From assembly GCA_051294375.1 (NCBI GenBank), contig JBJCIZ010000040.1, positions 100,785-164,784 of the forward strand: DNA of 64,000 bases. Reading direction: 5' to 3'. Made by a program: the position numbers and the translations under genes. Shown piece by piece: positions 39,116 to 52,789 of this stretch. The DNA is from Paraspadella gotoi. Its lineage: Eukaryota; Animalia; Chaetognatha. The first letter of the stretch is position 1. Each line of letters starts with the position of its first letter. The notes under the pieces were generated by a model. That model was given only the letters and a program-made list of their open reading frames with translations. It ran no database searches and had not been told where the DNA came from.

Positions 39116-41010
39116 CGTAGGTTCTAAACTAAGTCTCTCAATCAGGGGAAAAGAGGTAAGCAAGGGTAAGGAATATATTGTAATGGTAAGTAACGTGAAT
39201 AACAAAGATGAACAAGGGTACATAAAAGTGGAGAGAAGGGAGAGGGAAGGTTCGCAGACCCCGAAGGACCGAGAGAGAAAGTTGAGAGAGTGAGTCCGAT
39301 CTCCAGACTCTATCCGTGTGACTCTGGAGATGAAAGAGGAGGGGACGGAGAGGAAGGAGGAGGCGTTGAAAGGGGGAAGAGAAGGCCCGGGGGGGGGGAG
39401 AAGAAAAAAGAGGTTCTGGCGGTAGGGTGAGTCTATCTTGTGCCCTCTCTTGGTTCGGAGACGCCCACTTGGGTCTTGATGTCACAGGTGGGCCGTCGCC
39501 ATCATCTTGGTGTGGGCGTGGAGTTTTGTGGAGAGGTAGGGGAAGAGCGGACTCTGCAGCCGGGTCAGGCGGAATGGTGGGGTGGGATCGCAATTGTTGG
39601 GCAGGGGATGTCGTCTTAGGCTCTCTAGAGTCGTACGCCTTCATTGGTTGGTTTTGACGAGGCCGCTGGTCGAGGAGGGTGGAACCGGAAGTCCATATGC
39701 TAGTCTGTGTTGCCCGAGAGTCTGTGGGGGAAGGCTTTTCGGTGGTTCGTTTTGGGGAGGGGACGGGGGTAACCAATATTTCCCCAAGAGGGAATGGAGA
39801 ACAGCGCTTCTTATAATCATCTAAAATTTTTTTTCTGTATTTTTTTTCCATAGAAAATCAAACTGATAATTGGGTCTGGACAAAAAGGTAGTTTCATAAA
39901 AAAACAAAAATCAACGCCAGTTTCTTTTAAATATCAACAAGAGAAGAAGAGAGAAAAAAATGTTGAAACTAAACCAATTAACTCATACTGTAAAACTAAC
40001 AATTAAAACCACACTACGAGATGATGAGGCCATAACAATCTAAAATAATGAAACTAGAAACGTTTCAATGATAATTTCAATTTTTTTTTTAGATTTGCAA
40101 AATTGAAACTTACGGGAAATATGGCAAAAAAATGTAGTCAGCCAAGCAAGATCATAACTGTAAAATAACGCAATAAAACTAAAGAGATGTGAAACGTCAT
40201 GAAATCAAATAAAACGGATTTAAAATAGCGTTTTTTTTTTTTTTTTTTTTTTTCCAAAAAAAAAAAAAGCAAAAAAAAAAAGGAAATTTAAAATATATCT
40301 AAATTCGAAATTAAAAAGTTCTAATCTGAAATTTTAAATTTTACTTTTTGGAAATTGATACCAGTCAGGTAGCAATACGGAAAATCTTATGCAATAACAC
40401 ACTGCTATCGAACTGGTAATTGAAACTAAAAAAAAATACTGTATTATTGCAAAACGAAATAAGTGATCATGATTACACAAAAAGGAAAAACGGAGGGATA
40501 TAGAAGAGGAGACGACTTGTCGTTGGTGCCTATATAAAAAAAATTAGGGTGGGTTGGGCCAGTGGTTTGCCGTTAAGCCAGTTAGTCGGTTAGAGCACAT
40601 GGGACTGCTTAATCCCGGGGTCTGTGGTACTCGCGCCCACATTGGGCGCCACCTGGGAAGATGTGTATCTAGCTAAAGTAGTTCTACACTAGTCTCTTCA
40701 TCAAAGGGAGAAAAAGGAAAGGTTTAAAAGGAAGGAGTAAAGGAATATATGGTAATAGGTAAGCTAAACTATAACCAAAGGGAACAAGGGTACATAAAAG
40801 GAGAGAAGGGAGAGGGAAGGATTTCGCAAAGAACCCCGAGACGAGAAGTTGAGAAGAGTGAGTCCCCCGAATCTCCAAGACTGCCTATCCGTGGAACTTG
40901 CGGGGATGAAGAGGAGGGACGGCGAGAGAGAGAGGAAGGCGCTTGAGAGGGGAAGAAGAAGGCCGGGGGAGAGAGAGGTTCTTCGGCGGTAGGTGAGCCT
41001 CTATCATTGA
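39116..41010 (-). mobile_element. Non-autonomous LTR element: 5' LTR 40654-~41010, tRNA-Lys-type PBS, ~1.2-kb internal region, PPT, gap-truncated 3' LTR 39116-~39442
   Basis: Direct repeats at both ends. Reverse complement ...TTCCCA-gg-TGGCGCCCAATGTGGG. Purine tract AAGAGAGGG precedes the 3' LTR. The sequence is noisy. Confidence 0.75.
40577..40651 (+). other. tRNA-Lys(CTT)-like sequence ending in CCA, antisense to the LTR element and forming its PBS
   Basis: AGTCGGTTAGAGCACATGGGACTGCTTAATCCCGGGGTCTGTGGTACTCGCGCCCACATTGGGCGCCA aligns by eye to metazoan tRNA-Lys(CTT) from the D arm to the CCA end, with small indels. Confidence 0.8.
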
Positions 41011-41029
41011 TTTAAAATCCCTTAGAAGA

Positions 41030-44000
41030 TTGTATCCATTACTTATAAAATCTTATTAAAATTGGTCAGAGGAGGATTGACCATTACAAAAAACTAATTA
41101 ACTCTCTCTAATTTGAAGTATTTTCGTAACATAGTTTTTAACCTTATTTATTTATAAACCTGTACAAACAAAAATTTAGTAATATTAGGTTACGTAGCTA
41201 ACTTTATTTTGATTAGAATCTAAGTATGCTGCTGATAAACAGCTCTTTTTTCCCAAAATCATGATTTTTTAAACACTGGAGTGGTTCGCACAAAACCTGG
41301 CGTGAAAAATCCATAAAAAGCATTCTAGGAAAATTTTTTATTGTAATATTCGTTTCTTCCAGGAAAAATTTGGCACAAGAAACTTTGCAGGTAATCAAGA
41401 CCTTTCAAAAATGAACATGTATTCAGGGAGCTCTATTCTTTAACCGAACTCTAGGACTTTATTTATGGCCTGTGGCTCCTCTTGTAAGTGCTTGGAGTTC
41501 TTGTAACCTTCAATTTGGAGAGTTGATTGACTTGTTCGGTGCCTTGCGTTTCTCTGATCCAAGCTTTGCTTCTGGTCTTTTTGGCCGGTGAATTTCCTGT
41601 GGCGTTATTATTGAAATCTAGGGCTTGTACATTCCGTATCATTTAACGTAGCAATTTCATTTCTGTCCAATAATACCTTTAAATTGTGTACATTCTTCCT
41701 GTGTTTCAGATTACATATAAACTTTTTGAAGTCTTCTTCTTTGTTGAATATCATGTGTTGGCTGATCGTTTTTTCCTTGATTCTTACACTCGAGATTCAA
41801 AAATAATCAAAGTTTTTGGCGTTCTAAGCTGTTCGATTTTAAAAACTGGTGATTGGCATATTTTAATTTATGATTTTTCTTTGTTTCATAATGCACAAAT
41901 AAGAGATGCAAAGCAAAATTCAAACATGTTCTTTTTTTTTTTAAATAGAAAAAATCTTTGTTTTTTCTCTCTAAAGATAATAACAAAAAAATTTACACTA
42001 AAAGTGATTTACAAATGAGCAAGGTTGGAGAGAGGGAAATGGCAAAGGAAAGAGAATTATAATTAATATGCCAAATTGATCACATTTAATATATAACTTT
42101 CTTTTCTATTATTATTTTTTAAATATTTTCTTTTTATACAGGTTCAATTTCTGTGAAAGATTGCATTGGGCTTGTTCAACAGGACTTTAATGAAAACGCT
42201 GGATCAGCTTTATGTGAAAATGTGAAGGTAAGAAAGCTGGTAACTTTTTTCCATCAAATGCCCCCTTGCTACTGGTTCTGGAAGCAGCCGAACTCAAAAC
42301 ACCATGCATAAAAATGTCTAATTTTTCTTGCTTCATTGTTTGCTTTATGGCATCACTGCCTTTCGTCATCTCTCTCACCGTGCAACTGCCTTCCTCCATG
42401 CGTTAAAATTGTCTTTTTTTTCGATCCCTCGATCCATGACCAATGAGTCACCCAGCCAAGCCAAATTTTTGTTGTTGTATTAAATACGCCGTAGGGAAAA
42501 AACAACCCTAATCCCTACCATAAATCCCCAAACCCTAACCCTAATCCCTAATACCTAAACCATAATATTACCTTAATCACTAAACAAAAAACCCTAAAGA
42601 TTAATCCTTCAAATTATCGTCCGACCCCGATCGCTGACTCTTAGTCATCCCAAGTCGCAGAGAGAGAGAGAAGCAAGAGAGATATCGCTGCTCCCTCATA
42701 AATGGCAAGAGGGACATCAAAAGAGCATTTTGCTGAAAGGTTGCTTGAAGACACCCCCATGAGGCCAAATCGATGATACGAAAAGAAAAATATTAATTAT
42801 ATGTAAACTGTCAAAAATATGGTCCCGGGTGTTCGTGATGGCAATTACAACTCTGCAGTATCGAACAAACCAATTTTATTGGTAACGCGTAGTGTAATTG
42901 TAACAAGTGAAGTTTTAATACCTAATTTTAGGGCATGTCAATTAATTATCATTTCTCTCACTTTTATATTATTAAATTTACTCTCTTACATCTAAATTGG
43001 TTCCCGGCTGCGACCAAAGTAGCAATACAAAAAATATTAAGAGGTCTAAAGAAAATCTTAATAAATTTCCTCATCAAAAATGGCGCCGTATTTTTTGTCT
43101 CCTCAAGATTTGGTATGCACTGTTTCTTTGATGTCGCGGCGCTCGGTTAGCATTGCGACGAGTTTGCCCGCCCCGGGCGCCGCGAAAATAGTGCCCGCTG
43201 CGTTTGCCCAGCTATCTTTACATAAACTATATGGCAATAAAAATAAATTATAACACCAATTGAAAGAAAAATAATTGACGTTTTTAAAAAGTTCAAAACA
43301 TTGCAATAAAAACGATTTAAAACATTCTCATATGATATTTAAACCAGTAACAAAAAGAACTCGGCATCGGTCGAAAAAATTTCTTAAAGGAGAAAAAAAC
43401 CTTGTTCCAAAAGCCAGTTTAATTTTTTTACCATTACAAGTCGAAGTACTTATAACACTTTGGTTTCTGCCTTACAAAAAATTTCTAGTTTTAAATCACC
43501 AAATAGAAAAAAATTGCGATTTTAAAGTTGGAAACTCAGGATAAGTAAGAATTGAAAAATTAAGGTAAAAAACTTTTATGCCAGCGGATGCTGTGATTCT
43601 CTGTCACTCTATCGAGCTTAAACTACAAATTTTTTAAAAATTGTCCTTGCCATAAGCACTCTCTTTTTTAGTTTTTTTAATTAAAGGACCGCAGCTATTA
43701 TAGGCAGTTTCAAAACCATCGATGTGCCCCCTTGTCCCTTGCCCCTTGACGGGAGCAGCAAATCCTCTCTCACATCTCTCTGGCTGAATGACTTAGTCAG
43801 GATTGACAAATGGCGACGTTACGATAATTTGAAACGAAGGATTAAGTTGTTTAGGGTTTTGGTTAGTAAAATTTAGATAAGGTTAGTTTTAGAGGATAGG
43901 AATTTTATTAGGGATTAGCGGTTGGGATTAGGGTTAGGGTTAAGGCAATTAAGGGCGTTAGGGGCTAGGGATTCGGTTGGGATTAAGGTAAGGGAATAAG

Positions 44001-47000
44001 GGTCATTTTTCCGACATTACTTTTTGCAACAATAAAATTCTGGCATGCTGGGTGACTCAGGGAGAAAGATTAAGCTTCCGTCAGGATGCGAGAATCGACA
44101 GAAACGACGATGAATAAATTTTTGAACGATGGAAGAAGCAGCTGCGACGGTTGAGAGCGACGGGACATAAACGACGAATGAAAGTAGCAAAAGGCTAGGA
44201 TTTTTGTGCGTGTGTTTTGAGTCCGCTGCTTCAAGGAGCCGCAGCAGGGGGCTTCTTTGTAAAAAAAGTGCCGATAAAGGCTGAAGTATCATTCTCTCAA
44301 GAACAAAAAGGTCTATGAACTTAATAGTTGGCAAAAAAACCATTATATCTGTAACACTGTTGATTGACAATTGTCCGTGAATCACATAGAATAATCTCAA
44401 AAAAACAAATTATGCAAAAATTATACGAAAATTTTTAAAAATTCCATTTTTTCACTTCATTCATCTGTTTTGACAGTGCCCTTATCTGAACGCCATTCCA
44501 TTCTTAAATGGATGGGAAGATGACTGCACTTGAACCGACTTGACCTTGAACGAGGGACTCCCTCACTTTCAAGCTTGTCTTAAGTGGCCGCCAACAATTT
44601 CTTGACAGGCTACAAAAAGAATGGTTTCGTATTAAAAATGGTTGTTTGGGAAATTAAAGGAAGAGAGGTCTGTCGTCCCCCTCTCCATTGTTTGGCTGCT
44701 CAGTACTCTCAATAATCTTTATAATATAAAATTGGGAGCAAAGGTTAGAGAGGAGAGGAAATGGCCAAATTCTAGGAGGCAAATCTATTCAAAAGCATGT
44801 CTGCAAATTGAAAGAACAAATAATTCATTTGGTAAAAATCAATCTTTTCCTTTTAAAATTTAAAATATCAAATAATGAAAATTGTCTTAAAAAAATGTTT
44901 GTCAGTCAGTCTGTCCATTTGTCCATGCTGTAGCGTTAGCTTTAATTCTAAAATTTTTGTGTGAAATGGTAGAACTTGTTGAATTAACTTTCAATTAAAA
45001 CTTTTAGAAAAAAAGAAAAAAGTTTGAATATAAAAAATTTTAATCTAAACTGTTGTAAGTCATTCACAGCAACAAAAATAACCGGCACTACAGGACTAGA
45101 AAGTTTTCATTAACCACACAATATTGTCTCCTTTAATCTGTTCAAACAAATGTTGAAATTAAAATGGAGTGGAGAGTGGGTCGAGGATAAAATGGGTGAA
45201 CCAAATTCGGTTAATGAAATTAATTTATTGAAATCAATAGAGGAAATGGATTCAATTTTCTAATTTTACAAATTGGAGTGGGGAAAGTGGGGACAAAAGG
45301 TTTTTTGAAAATTATAAATTTAGCAGATATATCCTTGAGAACTATTATATTAGTGAAATACTAATGCTGGGTAGTAATTTTTTTTAAAAATAAATGTAGC
45401 CACCATTTTATATAGCATATTTTAATACATTCAGTATATAAGGTCAAAAAACTTTCAAATACTTTCAAGATACATAGTATATAAGGTCAAAACTTTCAAA
45501 TACTTTTTTAAAAATTCTGAGACAGATTCAGATTCCTCATAAAAAGTTGATGCTAAGAGAATATAGAATTCTTTTTTCAAATTATGTCATTAAGTAGGGT
45601 TAAAATTAATAAAAAACTATATTTTATAGCTTGAAAATTAAAAATCTGTATCATAATATACGTTTTTTTTTACATTATTGACCAATCAAATGAAAAAAAT
45701 TTCAAAAAAGAATATACATTCTTATATAAGACTTTTAGCAATGAATCCAAATCCGTTCTAAATTTAAACTTGAAATTTTGAAATTTTAGCTTAGTTATAT
45801 ATTTTATTACTGTATATAATAGTCGCTCACGTGGTGCCTTAATTGTATAAGGATTTAAAAAATAAATTTTAAATTTTTTGTGCTGTCTAGCCTGGAGAAA
45901 TTTCCAAGACAAAGAGCAGCAAGAAACAGCTTGTGATAAATGTCCAAAAGTTTTATTCAAAACACTGGCTCTCAAACATGTAAAAATGTCCACAGCGGCA
46001 CTGTGAGCAATTTGGTTGGTGCAAAATCCTGTTCAGATTGAGTGAATCAGGAACTAATTCCATTGAAAAAGAGAAAAGTTGTGATTCCTATGTGGAGTTG
46101 GAAAAAACATTCCTGGAAAAGAAATGAAGTAAGTACATAATGACCTTTCAAACAGCGATCCGTGACGTCGCAATTCAAACATATGTAAAACCACGCCTAA
46201 ACATTTCATTAAATACCATAATAAAACTCATAATTTATAAAAAATGTAATTATTAACTGAAAAAAGAGTAGCCCAGGTTTATTTAAGTACCAGACGAATT
46301 GATAAAGAAAGAAAATGCTTGATTTATTCACTTTAGGGCCTGCAGGTATACTCTTTGAAGAGCCGAGCATTATGGTTGATCAATGATAAAATAACTGAGT
46401 TATTATAAACAAACTATAGCACGCCATTAATTCTCTGAATCACAATATAATCCAGTTTTACGGCTAGTGATTAGGAGCCAATGTAAAACAAAGTATTTTT
46501 GATATCTAATCTCACTTCTGATGGATCAACATGGGCTGGTTTCATTTTTTTCCATTATCTATTTTATGAGCACATCAAATGTATGCTCCCAAGCAAATTT
46601 TTTCAACACAAGTTGTTACTCTATCAAAATGAGCGACTACAGGAAAAAAAACAATCTTTGCGCGTCCTGATTTGATGAAAGTTTTATTTATTCTTATTTA
46701 TTAAGTTAACAAAGGGATAAAAGATGGCATTTCAATCAGCTGCTTGCCTCTCCAGACTTTTTTGAATTTTTTTCTTTAAAAACTTTTAAAAACTATTCTA
46801 ATACTGCGATAATCTTTTTAGTTATAATTATTGTAATGCATTCTAATGAGTAACAAAACTCTTTTTTTTTTGTAATAAACTTTAAAAAATATTTCAACCA
46901 TAGTGGAGTGACAGTCGGTGAACTACCTGCTGTTATATTATTCAATAATATAGTAGACTTTTTCCAAAAAAAAGTCAACTTCCAGGATAAAACCATTCTC

Positions 47001-50000
47001 AAAACTAAAACAAAGCAAGTTTTTTCCAAATATGGGCAGAATAATAAAAGAAAGAAGGCAATTTTGTTTAAAGAGCAATAGTCATTATGTTCATTCAAAA
47101 CAAAAATAACTCATTTTTAATTATATAAGTGCAAAACATAACATTGTGAAAAAATACTAAGCAAATGAGGAACTAAAAAAGCAATAACGCTGACGTCAAT
47201 AAATTAAATTTCATAAATATTTTAATTGTCGGTTATTCTCAAAATATTTATTTCTATTGTAAATTCTTATTTACCATTTTTTCACTTATATTTTTTTTCC
47301 TCAGAAATGATCTTGGTGAGACGATGTGTTTAGACTGAGTCCTGAGAACTCTATAATATAAAAGCCCAATGGAAATAAGAAATGTTCCCCCATCGTCCCG
47401 AGGGCCTATGCCAATAAAAAAGGATCGGAAAAATGTACTGATTGCAAGCCTGGAACATAAGTTAATTTAGGTCGCAAGAACTGGATTTGTCAAACAATGT
47501 AGCATGGGTGAATACCACCTAAAAAGAAGGCAGCTAAAAGTGAGATGTAAAACAAGGAAAGTTATCCCAATGCTGGAGCAGTCACAAATGTACTTTTATG
47601 TCCTAAAAGGATTTTTCATCAGAAATCAAGGATAGTAAGGAAGGGAAAATGTGAGAAATGTCTACGCAAGGATTTTTAACAGTCTAAAATGGAACCATTT
47701 CCATGTAAACCTTGTTTAGAAGGATCATATTGCTAAATAGTGTCAGGCAGATATAAAGTGATTTGTTGCAAAATGCACAAAGCTGGTATATACCAGCCAT
47801 TAAAGTACAGCCAGCATGAAATGTTTGGCATGTTCTCCCACAGGTTACTTTTTCACTTGAAGGAGGCAGTGAAATGCGAAAAATAAGTCCAACTCGGAAG
47901 CGGGATGACTAATCAGCAGTAGCGGGTACTGGAGACAATGGAATGGTAATATAAATTCATGCTGGTACACTTATTCTGATGTGTTACAAAGCGGGTATCA
48001 GCTAGTTGCCAAAAAATGCCTAAACAAACTATTATCATTTGACAAAAGAAGGTGGAACACAAGTCTAGATTACTGAAGGAGTGCAAAAGTGGAACTAAAT
48101 AGTAAAGCCGAAGCCCTTTGGTGGCAATGGCTGTAATCTGGAGAAAGAATATGGTAGAATAAAATTTGCAAAAAACACTTGGCAAACCAGGATCAATGAA
48201 CAACAAGAGAACCCAAAAAGAACAACCAGCTGAATGGTGCTTTTTTTGGAAGAAAAATGCTCTTCTAGAGTTAATGGTATGCAATATGTGGGACATCAAA
48301 AACTTTCCGCAGGATATGGCCAAAATTTCCTTTTCTTTAAAATTTAATACTGCTTAAAAGAATTAATGGATTTTACTATTGATAACTGTTAGAAACAAAA
48401 GCAGACCTAATCAACACTAAAAACTTTTTATTATGGAACAATGACCCTCGATTGGTACAAGAGGAAAAGTCAATGACTAGTGGTTGTATGTTGCCACAGA
48501 GAATAGTTTTGAAAGGTGTGAATTTTAATACAAATAAGTTTCGAGTTGTATGGTTCGTTATCAAAAAAAATATGGGCGAAAAGAGTGCTGCGGTCCGATA
48601 CTCCAATTAGGGTAAGAAAAATTCAAACTAATACTCAAATATCATTAAATTATCTTAATTATAAAACCTATTCGGGTTGCTCTTTAGTCAAGGTCCTGCG
48701 GTATTCTTTTAAGTTTAGACTAACTTACAAAAATACATGCCATATACAACTATACCTACTACCTATATTCCTCTCCTATTTAAGAGAATATTATAGTCAA
48801 TGCCAATATTCATTATTTCAAACTTTAAACCCCGAATAAATCTAAAATGCAATGTTTAATAAAGTCATTAAAAAAGTAAAATAAGGTTAATAATATAAAG
48901 TATAAAAAAGTATAGCAATTGGTTAATAAAATATAAACATATAAAAGTTATGTGAAAAATAGTTTTTTTAAATACCCAAAAGGTAGTTGTTTTGGTTTTC
49001 AGCTGTTAACAGCGAATTCAGATAAATAACAGTTATGTATCTAATCTTGCAATTTCTTTTTTATATTAATACAATTCACAAACAAATATTCATAATTTTA
49101 TAGTTTTTCAATGTGGTTAAAAAAATAAAAATATTATAGAAAATGATTTAATATTAATCAAATTTTTATTAATATGCGATCTTTAAGATAAAATGATTTT
49201 AATTTTATAACTTGGCTTTATAAATTTTTTAAAATAAAATTAATAAAAATCAGTTAGAAATTTAATATAATCACTTTTTAAAAACTATTTATATATTTTA
49301 AATTTTAAAAATTAAAAATTTATTCATAATCAAACTATAAAAAATAATATTGATTAATAATATACATATTATTAAAATATTTTTAATAGTAAATGAATAA
49401 AACAAATTATTAATTTTTTAAAATCAAATCAAATAAATATAAAAAGCTAACTGAAAAATATTATATTGAAATAACATATTTTAATAAAGCATAAAAATAT
49501 GTTTGGTTTATATATTTGTTATTTTAAAGGAACATTAAAAACTTACTTCTAAAATACTTTATAACAGATACTTAAAAATTATTTTCTATATTAAAAAAAT
49601 AATTAGTGACTAAAATCCCAACTAACGGCGTATCATCAGCGGCCATTGGTGCGGAGGCAAAGTCATTCGCCTTCCCAACCCAAAGTCCGGAGGTTCTAGC
49701 CGGTGGTCGTCTGGCAGTTAAGAGGAGACGGGGCGCTTAACGCGCCTGATAACATGGTGTTACAGCCTGATTCCGAAGCTCAGGGACTGTATATTGGAAC
49801 GGTCTATTCATTAACACTTATCAATCTTTACTAGTCCTCTTGCATTGGTGAGCCCGAAATTCACCGAACACAACAGCAACAACAACACTTTCAAGGCGAC
49901 ATGCCTCAACCTGGCCCGTGCACTTTCCGCCCACAACACATCAGCGCGACATGCCTAAATTGGTGACAAACATTCCACCAAACAAGCAACAATTCACTGA

Positions 50001-50858
50001 AAGAGACACAACAGACATGCTTACTTAACGGGGAGGGGGGATGTAATAGTGGACTAAATCACTAAAACGGCGTTCAATGCAGACGGCCATGTGGTGCCGG
50101 AGGCAAGTCCATTCGCTCTCCGCAACCCAAAGGTCTCGGCGGAGATATATAGCCCGAGTGGTCGTCTGCAGTTAAGAGGGACACGGGCGCTTAACGCCTG
50201 TAACCTGGATGTTACAGCCTGATCCAAAGCTCAGGGACTGACTTAAATATTGGAACAGCGGTTCTGTCATTAACACTTTATCAATAATATAGCTGTCTCT
50301 TCAATAATATAATTTTTTTTAAAATCTTTGGTGTATTTAAGAATGGTTAACATATGATTTTAATTTTTTTTTATTAATTTTTTTAAATTTAAAATGTTTT
50401 CCTAATAGTCAAAAAATATATAATATAAGTTACTATTGTTTAAAAGACATTCAATTATTATTATAATTAAACCATTTAATTATAAGAAATAGTTAACAGA
50501 TTAAGTTATTACAAATGAAAAAAGCAGCCCTATGGGGTATAAAATTTTAAAGCCCTATGGACATACAAATTATAATTGCCCCTAGAATTTGTGAAGATCC
50601 TGCAGGGGAGTTAGCCCCAATTGGCTTAAAAATTGTTCCCACTAGGGTGGACCCATGTAAAAGAGTTTCAAGTCCCGCTTAGGGTGCCCTGCGGGAATGG
50701 TCCCCTAGCTTAACACCATGGCCAGCGTAGTTGAGGATGATAAATCGATGATTGCCCCATAGTGGATCTTAACAAGGGTCACCCTTGATGGCTAAACAAA
50801 TTATCCCCCTGGGCTGGCCCAAGGAGCAAGTTTTTCAGTGCACCCTGGACGCGACCTA
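41030..50858 (+). repeat. Noisy inverted copy of 29628-38817, including frameshifted exons 3-5 and the TRIM
   Basis: Colinear reverse complement with dense 1-3-nt insertions in both coding and non-coding parts. Confidence 0.92.
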
Positions 50859-50889
50859 CCTTTAGCTATATACCCGTCTTTCCAGTAAA

Positions 50890-51955
50890 TATTTAATCAT
50901 TAAGCCAAGATATTGGCCTTTAAAGGTTTGCTAAATGATGCCAAAAAAAAGTAGCAAATTAGATAAAAGGCGCTTTGGCCTTTGTGGCTAGCAAGCCTCC
51001 CACTCAACCTTAACCCTAAACCAGGTCATAATAAGTATTCTCAGCTCATGACTTCTCTAGCAAGCTACTTTGATAACCTTAATCTTAACACGGGCCTTCT
51101 ATTTCACACCAAATTAGAACCTGAACTCTAGAATTACCTGTGGGCCTCTCCTCCAACCTAAACCTTTTATTCATTTGCAAGCCTCAACCCTAATCTTAAT
51201 GTCCCTGGTATAAGCCTGATTAAGTATTGCGATTTTGCAATTTGAACAGGCTCAGAAAAGGACAGTAAGCTTGGGTTAGGGTTAGGAAAGGTACTTGGGA
51301 AGGAAATTAAGGATTAAAACTAACCTCACAGCCTTTGCCAATTCCTGTCCATCCCTTTCCCTCAACCTCAATCCTAACCCAGCCAAGGCTAAACTTTAAT
51401 CCCGAACATCCCTGGCCAGTACCTTTCCCTTATTCAGGCCTCATGTCTGTCAGCAAGGCCTTTGCCTTACCTCCTAAATTAAAAATTAACATTAAGGTAC
51501 TCAACCTTGATGGCACAGATATAGCTAACAGCAAAAATTATCATTTGGCCAGGGTTGCTATGATTAAGTAGTGCCGATTTTTCAATTTGGACACAGGCTC
51601 AGAAAAGGACAGGAAGCTTGGGCTTAGGTTAGGGAGTACTGAGGAAGGAATTAAGGATTAAAGTTTGGCCTTATTGATGGCCAGGAGGGTTAGTGGTAAG
51701 AGAGAGATGACAGATATTAGGGTTAGAGTTGAGGCTCAGAGTGTTAGGGTTAGGCTTAGGGTTAGGGCTAGGTTAGTTAGATAATCCCAAGCAAGGGAAA
51801 CTGATTAAGAATAAGGGTTTTGCTTAGGGTTAGGGTTGAGTGAGAGGCGTGCTAGCCTGCAAAGGCCAAGTCGCCCTTCCATCTAATTTGCTACTTTCTT
51901 CTTGCATCACTCTGTTAAACTTTTTAAAGTCCAATATCTTTGTTTAAAGATTTAG
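50890..51955. mobile_element. Foldback-like element with ~130-bp inverted ends and degenerate TAACCC/TTAGGG motifs
   Basis: AAGATATTGG...AAGTAGCAAATTAGAT...CACTCAACCTTAACCCTAA at ~50908-51020 is mirrored at ~51824-51942. Internal direct repeat at ~51218-51318 and ~51562-51662. Confidence 0.6.
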
Positions 51956-52789
51956 ATTTAAAATACCTTAGACAGTTCTATTTGTTTAACCAGATGGTAA
52001 AATTTCATTAAAATTAGTGGAGTGGTTTGGTCAGGGCCAATTTGGCTTAAAAAAGTATGAATTTTTAACCTAAAGCCTTTTGTAATAATATTTTTATAAC
52101 ATTATTTATAAACCAAAACAAAAAATGTAATATTAAGGTTATTGGTAACTTTATTTTGATTAATTTAAGTATGCTGGCTGAATAACAGCTTATTTTTTTC
52201 TAAAAATCCAGAATTTTTAAAACTGGAAGTGGTTCGACGCAAAAACTGGCGTGGAAAATCCATAATGAGCATCCAAAGAAATTTTTTATTGTGATATTCG
52301 TTTTCTCCACGAAATTTGGCACAAGAACTTTGCAGGTATCAGGAACTTTCATAAATGTATGATATTTCTGGGACCTCTAGTAAGGAAGGTATGACCTGTA
52401 TTTGAAAAATAACCAAAACCAATCCCAAGTCAACTCACTATACTCTGAGGTTATAAAGAATAACTCAAAAACAATGATTAGCAAAACAATCAGAAGCGCT
52501 CTGTGGATTGTGGTGTAAATAGCTGTAAAGAGCCTACTTGACTGCAGAATACTCAAAGATGGCTTCCAGAAAAGCCTCATTCAGAACATCACGGATAGTC
52601 ATAACAAAGCCTCACCTAAATATAAGTTCTAAAGAACTAAAAGTACAAACTAAGAAGATCAGGCTAAAAGAAAAAAAAGAAGTATTAGAGGCTTTCTACA
52701 AAATCAGTCGATATTAAATGAGGGGGCAGTACATAAAACACTGAGCTCTATTGAAAATCCGCAGGATGGATGCCAAATAAACACTTCAA

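Larger units (their letters stand above)
38434..52377. mobile_element. Putative TA-flanked DNA transposon with ~350-400-bp TIRs (38434-~38800 and ~51955-52377)
   Basis: TA|GAGCTCCCTGAAATACCAT on the left and ATGATATTTCTGGGACCTC|TA on the right. The arms differ by substitutions rather than read-type indels. Pairing of these two ends is inferred. Confidence 0.55.

Noticed and set aside
39138-39851. 237-aa Pro/Ser-rich ORF
   Set aside because: It runs through a purine/pyrimidine-biased LTR in noisy sequence and has no recognisable domain.
40577-40651. Functional tRNA-Lys gene
   Set aside because: The 5' acceptor strand is not intact, CCA is encoded, and it lies at an LTR PBS position. Reported as an extended PBS instead.
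47300-48720. Apparent paralogue or pseudogene of exon 5 on the plus strand
   Set aside because: Part of the noisy inverted copy. Indels are as dense in introns as in exons, consistent with read error.
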